From contig OY970399.1 of assembly GCA_963720545.1 (NCBI GenBank), forward strand, positions 2,560,001-2,624,000: 64,000 bases of DNA, in the 5' to 3' direction. Position 1 is the first letter of the stretch. Each line of letters opens with the position of its first letter. Made by a program: the position numbers and the translations under genes. The notes beneath the pieces are model-generated. The model worked only from the letters and a program-made list of their open reading frames with translations, did no database searches and was not told where the DNA came from. Below are positions 1-10,698 of this stretch, in pieces. Source of the DNA: an uncultured Acidobacteriota bacterium. GTDB lineage: Bacteria; Acidobacteriota; Vicinamibacteria; Fen-336.

Positions 1-5
1 AACGT

Positions 6-1103
6 TTGCCTAGAGCGGCCGGGCTCGGCGCCGCGCTGGCGTTGGCCCTGTCGGCTGTGCCGCTCGCGGCGCAGGAGGTTCCCGAGCAGCGGCCGGAGGA
101 CGTTCCCGCCGACAACAGGTTCGACCCCGGCCGCATGGTGTCAACGCTGGTCGTGCCGCGCACCCACGTCGAACGCTTCGCCGTGCCGGCTGTCGACGCG
201 CACAGCCACGCCTATGCCGAAACCGATGCCGCGGCGATCGCCGCCTGGGTCAAGCTGCAGGAACAGGTGAACGTCCGCACCACGTTCATCCTGACCGGCG
301 AGACGGGCGCTTCGTTCCGCGGCCTGGTGAAGGCGTACGCGACCGCGTACCCCGGCCGCTTCGTGATGTTCGCCGGCTTCGACAAGACCGGCGTGGAGGC
401 GCCGGACTACGGCGAGCGGCTGCGGCAGGGACTGCGCGCCGACGTGGCGGCGGGTGCTGCCGGCCTTGGTGAATTGAGCGACAAGGGTCTCGGCCTGGTG
501 CGCGTGGGCGAGACGCCGTACTACATCGACGATGCCCGCTTCGACGCGCTCTGGGACGAGGCGGGCAAGCTGGGCGTGCCCGTCTTCGTGCACGTGGCGG
601 AGCCGGCGGCGTTCTACGAGGCGCCGGACGAGAAGAACGAGCTGCGGCGCTCCGCCAACTGGTCGTTGTACGGCAGGGGCACGCCGGGTTTCACGGCCAT
701 GCTCGCGCGCTTCGAGTCGGTGATCTCGCGCCATCCGCACACCCGCTTCGTCGCGGTGCACGCCTTCAACCTCGCCAATGACCTGGCCGCGGTCGGCGCG
801 CTGCTCGAGCGGCACCCCAACGTGCAGGTCGACTTCGCGGCGCGCATGTGGGAGCTGGCGCGGCAGCCGTTCACCGCCCGCCGCTTCCTGGCGGCGCACG
901 CGGAGCGGATCCTGTTCGGCACGGACAACGACCCGGTGCTGCCGATGTACCTCGCGCACGTGCGGCAGATGGAGACCGAGGACGAATGGTTCTGGCCGGC
1001 CGACGCCGAGTGGTGGCGCGGCTACGGCATGGGCCTCGCGAAGGGCGTGCTCGCCAAGGTTTACGCGGGCAACGCCGACCAGCTGCTCGCTCGCCGCCGC
1101 TAG
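6..1103 (+). CDS. Secreted amidohydrolase-family (Amidohydro_2) metallohydrolase
   Basis: Signal peptide; DAHSH (HxH) motif, PVFVH, and C-terminal RILFGTD motif of the amidohydrolase TIM barrel. Start uncertain at the window edge. Confidence 0.8.
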   Translation: MPRAAGLGAALALALSAVPLAAQEVPEQRPEDVPADNRFDPGRMVSTLVVPRTHVERFAVPAVDAHSHAYAETDAAAIAAWVKLQEQVNVRTTFILTGETGASFRGLVKAYATAYPGRFVMFAGFDKTGVEAPDYGERLRQGLRADVAAGAAGLGELSDKGLGLVRVGETPYYIDDARFDALWDEAGKLGVPVFVHVAEPAAFYEAPDEKNELRRSANWSLYGRGTPGFTAMLARFESVISRHPHTRFVAVHAFNLANDLAAVGALLERHPNVQVDFAARMWELARQPFTARRFLAAHAERILFGTDNDPVLPMYLAHVRQMETEDEWFWPADAEWWRGYGMGLAKGVLAKVYAGNADQLLARRR

Positions 1104-4100
1104 CGTTCCTCGAGCCTGAGGACGGCACCCTTGTGGATCGCGGGCAGCGTGAACACGAGCCGGTCCGCCTGCGGGACGCCGGCGATCGTCACCGGCTCGC
1201 CGAGAAAGGGCAGCAGCCAGGCGGTGCCGCCGCTTCGCAGCGGTACGCTGACACGCACTTCCTGCGCCGGCGTCTGCACGGCACTGCGGCCGGGGGCGAG
1301 GCCCGCGAAATTGGCGAAGAACACGTGCGGCCGGCCGCCCACGCGCGCGATCTGGGTCGCGACCGACGGCGGTGCTTCGACGCGGATCGACGCATCGGCG
1401 GCGAGCGCCGCGACGAACTCGTCGGCTGCGGCCGGATCCGCCGTTGCGAAATTGTGCTGCAGCGCGTCGAGGTGCGCCTTGCCGGGACAAGCCGCGAAGC
1501 GCCGCACGCCCGCCGCGTCGTCGAAGCCGGTGGCATCGGCGCCGGTGACGACGAGGCGCGTGCCACGGGCGAGCTGCGCGCGCAACTCGCGCCGTTCGTC
1601 GCCGCCAAGCTCGCGCACGTCGGGCAGGATCAGGCTCGTGCCGCGAAAGGCCGCGAGCGTGCGCGGCGTGACGATCTGGAACTCCAGGTGCTTTTGCATC
1701 AACAGGACGACGATGCCCTGGTAGGAGCGCAGGAATGCCTCGGGGGAGTAGTTCCGCGTCGCGGGCGAGAAGTAGACGCCGACCGGATGGACGGGCTCGC
1801 GACCGCCGTAGAAAGTGCTCTCGTACCGTTCGAGCCATGCGAAGATGCGCCGGCGTGTGGGCGGATCGTTCGACCCCGACATCACGTGCGTGGCGGCGTC
1901 CCAGAAATTCGCACCCGCCATGACCACCGACATCGCGAGGTTCATCATCGGTTCCGGCGCTGCGATCTTCGGGTCCCCGTCCCAGGAGTAGTTGAGGATC
2001 CAGGTCGCCTTGCCCGCGGCGAAGGCGCGGAAGGACTGCATGCCCACCTGGTAGAGGAACCAGTCGAGCATCGTCCGCGACGTGGCCATGTGGTCGCCGC
2101 CGCCGGTCTCGTACTCGTGGGCGATGGCGTCGGCGACCCCGTACAACTGGTAGACGTCGGCGCCCACGACCACGGCCTCGCGCTCGATGCCGGGGTAGAT
2201 CTCGGGGATGGTCATGATCGCGGGGTTCACCGCTCGCGCGGTGCTCGCGATCTCGGCCACGAACTCGGTGATGGTGGCGATGCGGAAGTCGAGCCACTGG
2301 CGGAAGTTCTTGTCGCCGAAGTCGCCGAGCTTCAAGTCGCGGCGCGCATCGAGGCCGGTGCGCGCGCGGAAGGCCGCCACCGTCTGCTCGTCGAAACTGG
2401 CCCAGGAATCCTCCCAGCCCTCGAAGTGCGTCATCCAGTACGGGATGTCCACGTAGATGCCGTCGATCCCCGTGGCTGCGATCTGGCGCACGCGCTCCAT
2501 GTATAGCCGCCGCCACTCGGTTGCGTACGGTGAGATCCAGGCGTCTTCCTCGCCGGCGGCGATCCAGAAGGCGGCGCCGCTCGTGAACACGGCGGGTTCG
2601 CCGCCGAGCTTGCGCTGCAGCCAGTCGGGATGGTCCCTGGCGAGCGTGTGCGCGCTCTTCTCCGCATCGCTGGTGATGCACTCGGTGCCGGCGATGTAGA
2701 CGAACGCACGGTTGCCAGCCGCGTGCGCCCGGGCAGCAAGGTCCTTGATCGCCGCCAGTTTCTCCTCCGGGTGCAGGAAGCTTTCGTAGCGCCCGGTCAC
2801 GTCGTTGTCCACCTCGATGCCGAAGACGTGGTCGTCGGCCGCGGCGCGCACGATCGCCGCGGTCCTGGTCGCGTCGAGCGGGTAGGCGGCGATGCGGACC
2901 CGATGGGTCCAGTTCGCTGCGGGCTCGGGCCGGGCTTCGAGCAACAGCGCCTTCTCGAAAGCGACGCGCAGCCGCGCCGTCGGCCCCTGCACGCGGCCGA
3001 GCTCGCGGTTCGACACGTAGTCCGTGACGCGGTAGCGCGCCGCGGCTCGAGACCGCGCAGCTCGATCGCGCCCGTCGTGCCGCGGCGCGTAGAAGGCGTA
3101 GTAGCAGCGCGTCGCCCTTGCGGATCGCGTGCGCCTCGGGCCGGTCGAAGCCGATGTCGTAGAGCTCGCCGAGGTATTCGCCCTCGGGCAGCCGCTTGCT
3201 CGTCGTAGAGCTGCGATCCAGTTCGCCCACGGCTTCTCGCGCTCGGGCGTGAGCAGCAGCTTCGGGTCCTTCTCGCCGGGCGCGCCGGGCCAGGTGAAGT
3301 TGCGTGCCGACGACACCGCCGACGCCGAAGGTCGAGGCGAAGTCGTCGCCGCCGTCGCTCATCTCGACGTGATCGCCGAAGTACGGCGATGCCGTCGCCC
3401 AGTCAGCGCCTTCAGCGTCTTGCCCTTGAGCCGCACCTGCCAGGAGCTCTCCGGGTCGGAGGCGACCGTCATGTTCAGGAACGGCAGTCGTGAAGAACGA
3501 GTAGGCCGTGCCGCACGGGCAGATCTCGACCACGCGCATCGGGTCGCGCCTCGCGCGCGGCGTCTCCAGATCGCTTCGAAGAAGCCCGGCACACCTTCGA
3601 CCGAATCCTCCGGCGCTGCGTGGTGGTGCGCCGGGTTGTAGCAGGGCGGCGACGCCGTTGAGGTGCTGGCCGTCGATCTTGAGGCCATCGAAGCCCCAGT
3701 CGCGCGAGCGCCTTGCGCACGAAGCGCCGCGGCATCCGCGCGCACCGGCGCGTACGCCGGGCACAGGTAGATGCGCGTTCCACCAGCGTGATCTTGCGCG
3801 GCGTGCCGTCCGCGTTGCAGCAGCAGCCAGTCCGGGTGCTCGCGCTGCGGTGCGCGTGCCCGGATCCGCCGCGAGCGGCGCCCACCACAACTGCGCCTTG
3901 CAGCCCCGCGCGCGTGGATCTTCTCGACGAGCGCCTTCATGTCGGCGTCGCCGCGCGGGAACTTGCTCCGGATCGGGATCCCAGTCGCCCTCGCGCGGTC
4001 TGCCAGCCGTCGTCGAGCGACCGCCCAGCCGAAGCCGAGCTCGCCGGACGATCGGCAGCGTCGCCGTCGATCTGCTCGGCGGTGAAGTCGCGGCCGTAGC

Positions 4101-5018
4101 CCCAGGCGCACCAGATCGGCTCGAACGCGCCCGGCGGCGACTGCGGCAGGACGACGCCCTGCGCTTACCATCAGCCGCCGGTAATCGACGCAGCGTGCTT
4201 GAAGTAATCGCCGCTGATGCACAGCCACGAAACGTGCGTAACGTTTCGAAGCTGTCGCCGGGCTCGAGCGTCTGCGCGGCTTTCGCGGTCACTGCCAGCG
4301 CGAGCTCGCGCCGCCGCTGCGTGTCGCGCGGCACCGGCAGCGAGACGAGCTTCGGCGCGAGCTCGAGATGCCCGACCGCGAGGCCGATGTCGCGGCGCCA
4401 GACGTCGACGCACCGGCGTGCCGCCGCCGTAGTCGGACGCGTTCATGCCCATGGTAAGTTGTCGCTGCGATCGAAGCCACGACCGAGCGGTAGCACCCAG
4501 TCGGGCCGGCGCTCGTAGGAGCCGCTCTGGTACGACCAGAACGCGGGTTCGCGGTCGCCGGGTCGCGGCGCGAACACATAGGCGTTGCTGGTCCAGCCCC
4601 GCAAGACGACCGGTGTCGCGCCCTCGTTCTTGTAGCGAACCGTGAAAAGAGCCCAGCGCGGCCACTCGTCGTAGACGTCCACGAAGACGGTCTTGCGAAG
4701 CGGGCCGCAGCGACCGCTCACGGCCACGCGGCGGCCGGCGCCGAACACATCGGTGATCGGTTCTTCGGCCGCGTGCTCGAGCACGCAGCGGCGCAGCTCA
4801 CGGCCGGTCGTGAGCAGCGTCTCGGTTGCGGCGAACGGGCCGAGCACCTCGTCCCTGCCGGCGACCCTCGCGACGATGCGGGTCCGCATCGCCGCGTCGA
4901 ACTCGACGCGCACGCCGGCGCCGCGAACGACCGCCGAGTCGAGGGCGAGCGCCGGCCACGAGAAGCACAGCAACGCGTGCAGCACCACGGCTGCTTTCAG
5001 GGCTGAGCGTCGATCCAT
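1100..5018 (-). CDS. Large secreted glycoside hydrolase: alpha-galactosidase-like (GH36/27-like) N-half fused to a second putative GH catalytic domain plus GATase-like domain; multiply frameshifted at ~3050-4460
   Basis: Starts MDRRSALKAAVV (signal peptide) at 5018. Coherent fragments hop between frames: GMNASDYGGGTPV, KFPRGDADMKALVEKIHARG, DWGFDGLKIDGQHLN, VVEICPCG, VASDPESSWQVRLKGKTLKAL, GEYLGELYDIGFDRPEAH. Intact from ~3050 to the stop at 1100 (GIDGIYVDIPYW). Confidence 0.7.
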
Positions 5019-5941
5019 TCGATCCCCACCTCGGGAGTCAGGGCGACAACGTCTTCGTAGCGGAGCACCCCGCTCGCGGTGCCGAGCGCATTCGCCGCGC
5101 CGCAGGCGGCGGCGAGCCGCAGGCACGCCTCGGGCTCCAGTCCTCGCTGCAGGCCGACCGCGAGGCCGCCGAGAAAACAATCGCCTGAGCCCACCGCGTT
5201 GCGCACCGTGATGGCGGGCACGGTGATACGACAGCGACGCCCGTCCCAGAGCGCCACGGCGCCCTCCGCCCCCAGAGTCAGCACCACGCGCGCGGCACCG
5301 AGCGCGCCGATCGCGCCAACGGCGCCGAGCGCTGCCTCGAAGCGGTCGATGCCGCCGGCCAGCAGCGCCGCCGCTTCGTCGCGATTGGGTTTGACGAGAT
5401 GCGGCCCGGCGGCGACACCCAGGCGCAGCGGCGTGCCGCTCGTGTCGAGCAGGCAGCGCACCGCCTGGCTCTGCAGTTGCGCGATAAGGTCGTGGTAGGT
5501 GGCCTCGCCCAGGCGGGGCGGCAGGCTGCCGGACATCACCGCCACCGTTCCCTGGCGCGCGGCGGCGGCGAACACGTCGCGGAGACGCTCGCCGGCTTCG
5601 CCTTGCAGCTCCGGACCCGGTTCGAGGATTTCCGTGATGCGCCCCGCGGCGTCGCGAATTGCAAGGTTCGTCCGCAGCTCGCCGCCGGCGTCGATGCCGA
5701 GCGACTGCACGCCGCGCTCCGCCAGGAACCGCTCGAAGCGGGCGCGGCGCGCGGCATCGGCGTCCACCAGGCCGACGAGCTGTACCGCTTCGCCGAGGGC
5801 GGCGATCGTGAGCGCGACATGCAGGCCCTTGCCGCCCGGCCAGGCGGCGACGCTGCGCGCCCGGTTCACCTCGCCGAGCCGCAGTGCCTCGACCTCGATC
5901 AGCTTGTCGAGCGCCGCGTTGAAACCGGCGACCGCGATCAC
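4997..5941 (-). CDS. 1-phosphofructokinase-family hexose kinase (probable tagatose-6-phosphate kinase, LacC-like)
   Basis: N-terminal NAALDK, PGGKGLHVA, VKPNRDEA and NAVGSGDCF motifs; tagatose pathway context; GTG start overlaps the upstream stop. Confidence 0.85.
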   Translation of the reverse strand: MIAVAGFNAALDKLIEVEALRLGEVNRARSVAAWPGGKGLHVALTIAALGEAVQLVGLVDADAARRARFERFLAERGVQSLGIDAGGELRTNLAIRDAAGRITEILEPGPELQGEAGERLRDVFAAAARQGTVAVMSGSLPPRLGEATYHDLIAQLQSQAVRCLLDTSGTPLRLGVAAGPHLVKPNRDEAAALLAGGIDRFEAALGAVGAIGALGAARVVLTLGAEGAVALWDGRRCRITVPAITVRNAVGSGDCFLGGLAVGLQRGLEPEACLRLAAACGAANALGTASGVLRYEDVVALTPEVGIEWIDAQP

Positions 5942-6879
5942 GCGTGCGACCGCAGCAAGGCATCGACCTCGGCGGCACTTGCCTGGGTGGCGGTGCCGCC
6001 CGCGCCGCGCGTCGCTAGGGCGCCGCAGGCGCTCGCCCGGCGCAGGCACTCGCGAGTCGTGGCGCCGCGCAGGAAAGCATCGAGATAGCCGGCGTCGAAC
6101 GAGTCGCCGGCCCCGGTCGTGTCGACGACCTCGATCGGAAACGCCGGCACGTGCAGGACGGCGTCGCCCTCGAGCGTCATGGCGCCGCCGGCGCCGAGCT
6201 TCACGACGGTGCGCGTGCGGCCGTTTTGAAGCGCCCGCAGCCCCGCGGCGGCGTCGGTCGCGCCGCTCACGGCCCGGCACTCCACCTCGTTCGGAAAGAA
6301 GAGGTCCACCTCGCGCAGCGTCTCGACGAGGTCTCGCCCCCAGGTCTGAGCCGGGTCGAAGCCCGGATCGAGCGACGTCGTCAGTCCGAGATGGCGCGCG
6401 CGCCGGAACACGTCCTTGAAATCGGCGCGCATCCCGGATTGCAGGAAATACGACGAGGCGTGCAGGTGCGCGAACCCCGCGAACGCTGCGTCGGCGACGT
6501 CACGGCCGGTGAGCGCGCCAATCGAGCCCGGGAAGGAGACGAGCGCCCGGTCCGCCGGCGCCGAGATCGACACGGTCACGCCCGTCTTGATGCCGTCGTC
6601 GCGCACCACGCGCGCGACGTCGACCCCGGCGCCTGTCATCGTGGCGACGCAGAACTCGCCCCACGGGTCGCGCCCTACCTTGCCGAGAAACGCGACCTCG
6701 GCGCCGAGCCGCGCGAGACCCACGGCGCAGATCGCGGAGGCGCTGCCCAGCGTCATGACGAAGTCTTCCACCAGGACTTCCTTGCCGGGGGCGGGGAAGT
6801 CGCGGTAGCCCTGAAGGATGAAGTCCACGTTGATCTCGCCGACGACGAGCAGCTTCGCGTTGGCCGCGGACGGGCGCAC
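5938..6879 (-). CDS. PfkB/ribokinase-family carbohydrate kinase
   Basis: VVGEINVD, LGSASAICAVGLARLG, FPNEVE and DTTGAGDSF PfkB signatures; start approximate. Confidence 0.85.
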   Translation of the reverse strand: MRPSAANAKLLVVGEINVDFILQGYRDFPAPGKEVLVEDFVMTLGSASAICAVGLARLGAEVAFLGKVGRDPWGEFCVATMTGAGVDVARVVRDDGIKTGVTVSISAPADRALVSFPGSIGALTGRDVADAAFAGFAHLHASSYFLQSGMRADFKDVFRRARHLGLTTSLDPGFDPAQTWGRDLVETLREVDLFFPNEVECRAVSGATDAAAGLRALQNGRTRTVVKLGAGGAMTLEGDAVLHVPAFPIEVVDTTGAGDSFDAGYLDAFLRGATTRECLRRASACGALATRGAGGTATQASAAEVDALLRSHA

Positions 6880-6932
6880 GCTACGAGTCGCTGGCGAACG
6901 CGCGGCCGGGCGCTGGCAAAAACATAAGCATT

Positions 6933-6958
6933 GAAAGGTTAGTAAAGCAAAACGAAAG
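6933..6958 (-). promoter_or_regulatory. Candidate AgaR/DeoR operator in AT-rich internal promoter region
   Basis: Minus strand reads CTTTC-N6-CTTTA-N5-CTTTC (about one helical turn periodicity), resembling described AgaR CTTTC direct-repeat sites; AT-rich island in GC-rich DNA. Confidence 0.55.
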
Positions 6959-6986
6959 ACGCAACGTGCAACGACCGCACTCGCCG

Positions 6987-8219
6987 TCAGGTCCGGGAAT
7001 GGATCGGAAAGCTCTCGACGACGCGGCTGATGACGCCGTCGGAGGGGGAGTCCGGCCGCAGCCCCTCGTGCCGGCAGCGGAAAAATGCGAGCAACTGGCC
7101 GACCAACACGTCGAGGATCGGCAGGTCGCCATCCGCCAGCGCCGCGCCGCGGTCGAAGTCGACAACAAGGTCGCGAGCGCCCTGCGTGAGCCCGGCCGGT
7201 ACGCCCGCGCCGACGACGACGCGCCGCTGGCCGAGCCGCTTGTGTTCGAGCTCGCAGATCAGGTCGATCTCGTAGGCCCGCACCATCGGATCGGAAGAGA
7301 GGAACGCGACGACCAGGCTGTCGTCGTGGACCGCGGACATCGGTCCGTGTCGCAGCCCCAGGTAGGACTCGGCCATGGTGTGCACACGTCCGCCGGTCAT
7401 CTCGAGCATCTTCAGGGCCGCCTCGCGGGCGGCGCCGAGGCGGCAGCCGCTGCCCAGGTAGAGCACCGAGCGGAAGTCGCTGCGCGCGACCTCGCGGAGC
7501 GGCTCGGCGGCGCCGCTCAGGACGGCGGCGGCAGAGGCGGCCAGCACCGAAGCGTCGGCGGCGCCTTGCTGCGGGCCGCCGGGGATGCCAGACAGCAGCC
7601 GGGCCGCGAGCGTCATGTTGGTGAAGCTGCTGGTCATGGCCAGGCTCTTGTCGTTGGTGCTCTCGTCGAGGACAACGGTACGCACGCGCGGCGCCGCGCG
7701 GTAGTTGCTCGCGAGCGCGCCGTCGCGGCTGCAGGTGATGAGGAGCTGTGAGGCGCGCTCTTGCGCGAGCAGGTCGGTGACGACCGCGCGGCTCTCCGGG
7801 CTGTTGCCCGAACGCGCGAACGACACGACAAGAAAAGGTCCCGACGGCGGCAGGGAGCCGCGCGGGTGCGTCAGCAGCTGGCCGGCGTTCACCGCACTCA
7901 CCGGCACACCGAACGCTTCCTGCAGCGGCACGGCGACGCACTCGCCGGCGTAGAGCGAGCTGCCCGAGCCGGTGAGCACGATGCTGCCGCTCCGATCGCC
8001 GATCCCGGCCGCCTGCAGGGACTCCGCCACCAGCCCGCGGCACGCCCCAAGCCGGGCGGCGGTTCCGAGCCAGGTCGCCGGCTGCTGGCAGATCTCGCGC
8101 AGCGTATGGCCGTAGCCAAGCTCGATCTGCTCGTTCTGGGGCGCCGAAAGCAGCGCGCCGACCTCGCCGCTGCCGGTCAAGTGCTGCAGCCAGGACTCGA
8201 TGTCGGCCGGCGGGTTCAC
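6987..8219 (-). CDS. agaS: SIS-domain AgaS-like galactosamine-6-P deaminase/isomerase (tagatose-6-P ketose/aldose isomerase family)
   Basis: HTLREICQQP, LTGSGSS, VSFARSGNSPES, DKSLAMTSSFT, LGLRHGP and GVISRVVESFPI motifs; GGAG RBS before GTG at 8219. Confidence 0.85.
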   Translation of the reverse strand: MNPPADIESWLQHLTGSGEVGALLSAPQNEQIELGYGHTLREICQQPATWLGTAARLGACRGLVAESLQAAGIGDRSGSIVLTGSGSSLYAGECVAVPLQEAFGVPVSAVNAGQLLTHPRGSLPPSGPFLVVSFARSGNSPESRAVVTDLLAQERASQLLITCSRDGALASNYRAAPRVRTVVLDESTNDKSLAMTSSFTNMTLAARLLSGIPGGPQQGAADASVLAASAAAVLSGAAEPLREVARSDFRSVLYLGSGCRLGAAREAALKMLEMTGGRVHTMAESYLGLRHGPMSAVHDDSLVVAFLSSDPMVRAYEIDLICELEHKRLGQRRVVVGAGVPAGLTQGARDLVVDFDRGAALADGDLPILDVLVGQLLAFFRCRHEGLRPDSPSDGVISRVVESFPIHSRT

Positions 8220-8352
8220 GCGTTCGCTCCAACCGGGCCTTGCCACTTGACAACCATCGCGGCAACCCTCAGATAATATAAGGCAAGCATGTGTAATATC
8301 TCGCAATCAGACGAAGGATACAAGTGACGGTCCGCACCCCGAGCGGCCGGCA

Positions 8353-9180
8353 TTGAGCCGCGCCAGCGGCGCCCGCCGGCGCAGGCCGCCGCCGGCCGCC
8401 GCGCCGCCGGAGAAGCTCTTCGTCGAGGAGCGCCGCCGACAGATCATCGAGCAGATCGAGGCGAAACAGCGCGTCACCGTCGAGCAGTTGACCGACCGTT
8501 TCGCCGTTTCGGCCGTCACCATCCGCGGCGACCTCGACGCGCTCGCACAGGCGGGCGCCGTGGTCCGCTCGCACGGCGGCGCGCTGCGGCGCCGGGAGGG
8601 CGACGACATCCCGCTCGCCGTCAAAGCGACGCAGCACCATGAGGAGAAGGTCCGCATCGCCCAGGCCGCGGTGCGCGAGATCAACGACGGCGAGACCATC
8701 ATGCTCGACTCCGGCACCTCGACCGCCGAAATCGCGCGCCAGATCCGCACCCTGAAACTGCGCTCGCTGAACGTGATCACCAACGCCCTCAACGTCGCGA
8801 TGGACCTAGCCAACCTGCCGCACGTGCGGCTCATCATGCTGGGCGGAATGCTGCGGCACATGTCCTACTCGCTTGCCGGCCCGCAGGCGGAGCAGGTGCT
8901 GCGCGGCCTGCACGCGGACCGCTTGTTCCTCGGGGTCGACAGCCTAGACCCCGAGATTGGCCTGATGACACCCGATGTCCTCGAAGCGCAGTTGAACGCG
9001 CTCATGATCCAGGTCTCGCGCGAGGTGATCGCGGTGACCGATTCCTCGAAGTTCCAGCGCCGCAGCCTGTCAGTGATCGCCAGCATCGACAAACTGCACA
9101 AGCTGATCACTGACACCGGCGCGAGTCCGCAGATGGTGGCGGCTCTGCGCGCGCGTGGCGTCAAAGTGATTCTCGTCTGA
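8353..9180 (+). CDS. agaR: DeoR/GlpR-family transcriptional regulator (AgaR-like)
   Basis: EERRRQI...FAVSAVTIRGDL HTH, RSHGGA, LDSGTST and ITNALN motifs; divergent from agaS. Confidence 0.8.
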   Translation: MSRASGARRRRPPPAAAPPEKLFVEERRRQIIEQIEAKQRVTVEQLTDRFAVSAVTIRGDLDALAQAGAVVRSHGGALRRREGDDIPLAVKATQHHEEKVRIAQAAVREINDGETIMLDSGTSTAEIARQIRTLKLRSLNVITNALNVAMDLANLPHVRLIMLGGMLRHMSYSLAGPQAEQVLRGLHADRLFLGVDSLDPEIGLMTPDVLEAQLNALMIQVSREVIAVTDSSKFQRRSLSVIASIDKLHKLITDTGASPQMVAALRARGVKVILV

Positions 9181-9185
9181 GCCGC

Positions 9186-10181
9186 ATGCGAAGCGGCCCT
9201 GGGTCGTCGCCGCGCCGCCAATCGCGGCCACTCGGCATCGGCAAGCTGCGCGGGCTGCAACAATGCTCCACGGCCGGCGCGACTTTTTCCATACTGGCGC
9301 TCGACCACCGCCAGAACCTCAGGCGCGCGCTGCGTCCCGATGCACCGCAGGCGGTGAGCGACGACGAGCTCGTGGCGTTCAAGCGGGCGGCGGTGGCCGG
9401 CGTCGCCACGGCCGCCACAGCGGTCCTGCTCGACCCGGAGTTCGGCGCCGCGCAGGCGATCGCTGCCGGCAGCCTGCCGGGCGATCGCGGCCTGGTCGTC
9501 GCCGTCGAAGCGACTGGCTATGACGGAGAGCCCAGCGCGCGACGCAGCGCGATTCTGCCCGACTGGACGGTTGCCAAAGCCCGGCGGATGGGTGCAAGCG
9601 CGGTGAAGCTGCTCGTCTACTACCACCCCGCGGCGCCGACCGCGCCGCAGGTGGAGCAGCTGGTGCGCGACGTGGCCGCCGATTGTGCGCGCGAGGATCT
9701 GCCGCTGCTGCTCGAGCCGCTCAGCTATTCGCCTGATCCCGAGCGCCCGCGCTTGTCGGCCGCGGAGCGCGGCCAGGTCATCGTCACGACCGCGCGGCGC
9801 CTGGTGAGCACCGGGGTCGACATCCTCAAAGCCGAATTTCCCGGCGACGCCTCGAACGCGGACGGCTGGTTCGATGCCTGCCGCGAGCTCTCCGCGGCTA
9901 GCGCCGCCCCGTGGCTACTGCTTTCGGGATCCGTGGACTACGACACGTTCCTGGCCCAGGCCGAAGCGGCTTGCCGCGCGGGCGCTTCGGGCGTCGCCGT
10001 GGGGCGCAGTGTGTGGAGCGAGGCCACGGCGCTCGCCGCCGACGCGCGCGCTGCGTTCTTGCAGACGACCGCGCGCGAGCGCATGGCCCGGCTAACGGCC
10101 CTGTGCGTGTCGACGGCATGGCCGTGGACGGGGTTCTACCACCCGGCGTCGCTGCCGCCCCGCTGGTATGAGGATTACTGA
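9186..10181 (+). CDS. lacD: Class I tagatose-1,6-bisphosphate aldolase (LacD family)
   Basis: ILALDHRQNL, VLLDPEFG, AVKLLVYY, DILKAEFP, WLLLSGSV and GVAVGRSVW motifs. Confidence 0.85.
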   Translation: MRSGPGSSPRRQSRPLGIGKLRGLQQCSTAGATFSILALDHRQNLRRALRPDAPQAVSDDELVAFKRAAVAGVATAATAVLLDPEFGAAQAIAAGSLPGDRGLVVAVEATGYDGEPSARRSAILPDWTVAKARRMGASAVKLLVYYHPAAPTAPQVEQLVRDVAADCAREDLPLLLEPLSYSPDPERPRLSAAERGQVIVTTARRLVSTGVDILKAEFPGDASNADGWFDACRELSAASAAPWLLLSGSVDYDTFLAQAEAACRAGASGVAVGRSVWSEATALAADARAAFLQTTARERMARLTALCVSTAWPWTGFYHPASLPPRWYEDY

Positions 10182-10278
10182 GCGCCCGCCTCTGCCTCCG
10201 CGTAGCCTGTAGCGCGGGCGCGCTGCGTGCGCGCGACCTTACGATCGGCGCCGGCGGTCGTTTCCCAAGGGAGGTACG

Positions 10279-10686
10279 ATGCGGACCGGAATGTTGCTCG
10301 CGGCGCTGCTGACGATGGGCGGTGGCGTCGCAGCCGAGTCGTCCGAGGACGAGTTGCAGGTGCGGCAGTCGCTCTCCTCCTTCTACAGGGATGCCGCGCG
10401 CAACGACTTTCGCAACGCCGACCGATATGCGGCGCTCGACTGGACCCACGTCGATGCGCGCGGCGCACGCAGCCGCGGCCGCGATGCCGTGCTGGCGGCG
10501 CTGCGGCGGGAGATTGGCGGTGGCGTGCCGGTGATCGAGGAAACGACGGTGCGGTTTCCCACCCAGGAAGTTGCGGTCGCCACCGTCGTCGACAACGCCG
10601 GCCAGCGGCGCGTGCGCACCTTCGTGCTGGTGAAGCAGAAGGGCCGCTGGCGCATTACCCAGGATCAGGCCACCGAGGTTCAATGA
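10279..10686 (+). CDS. Secreted NTF2/SnoaL-like (DUF4440-type) protein
   Basis: GGAGG RBS, signal peptide, GRDAVLAAL and TFVLVKQKGRWRI pattern. Confidence 0.65.
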   Translation: MRTGMLLAALLTMGGGVAAESSEDELQVRQSLSSFYRDAARNDFRNADRYAALDWTHVDARGARSRGRDAVLAALRREIGGGVPVIEETTVRFPTQEVAVATVVDNAGQRRVRTFVLVKQKGRWRITQDQATEVQ

Positions 10687-10698
10687 AAGCGGGAGCGC

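Noticed and set aside
141..4334. 1397-aa ORF as one protein
   Set aside because: Only short stretches match the frameshifted hydrolase; the rest is off-frame or antisense to the amidohydrolase.
3050..4460. Programmed frameshifting or phase variation in the hydrolase
   Set aside because: Too many scattered indels and no slippery or simple-repeat tracts; an assembly error is more parsimonious.
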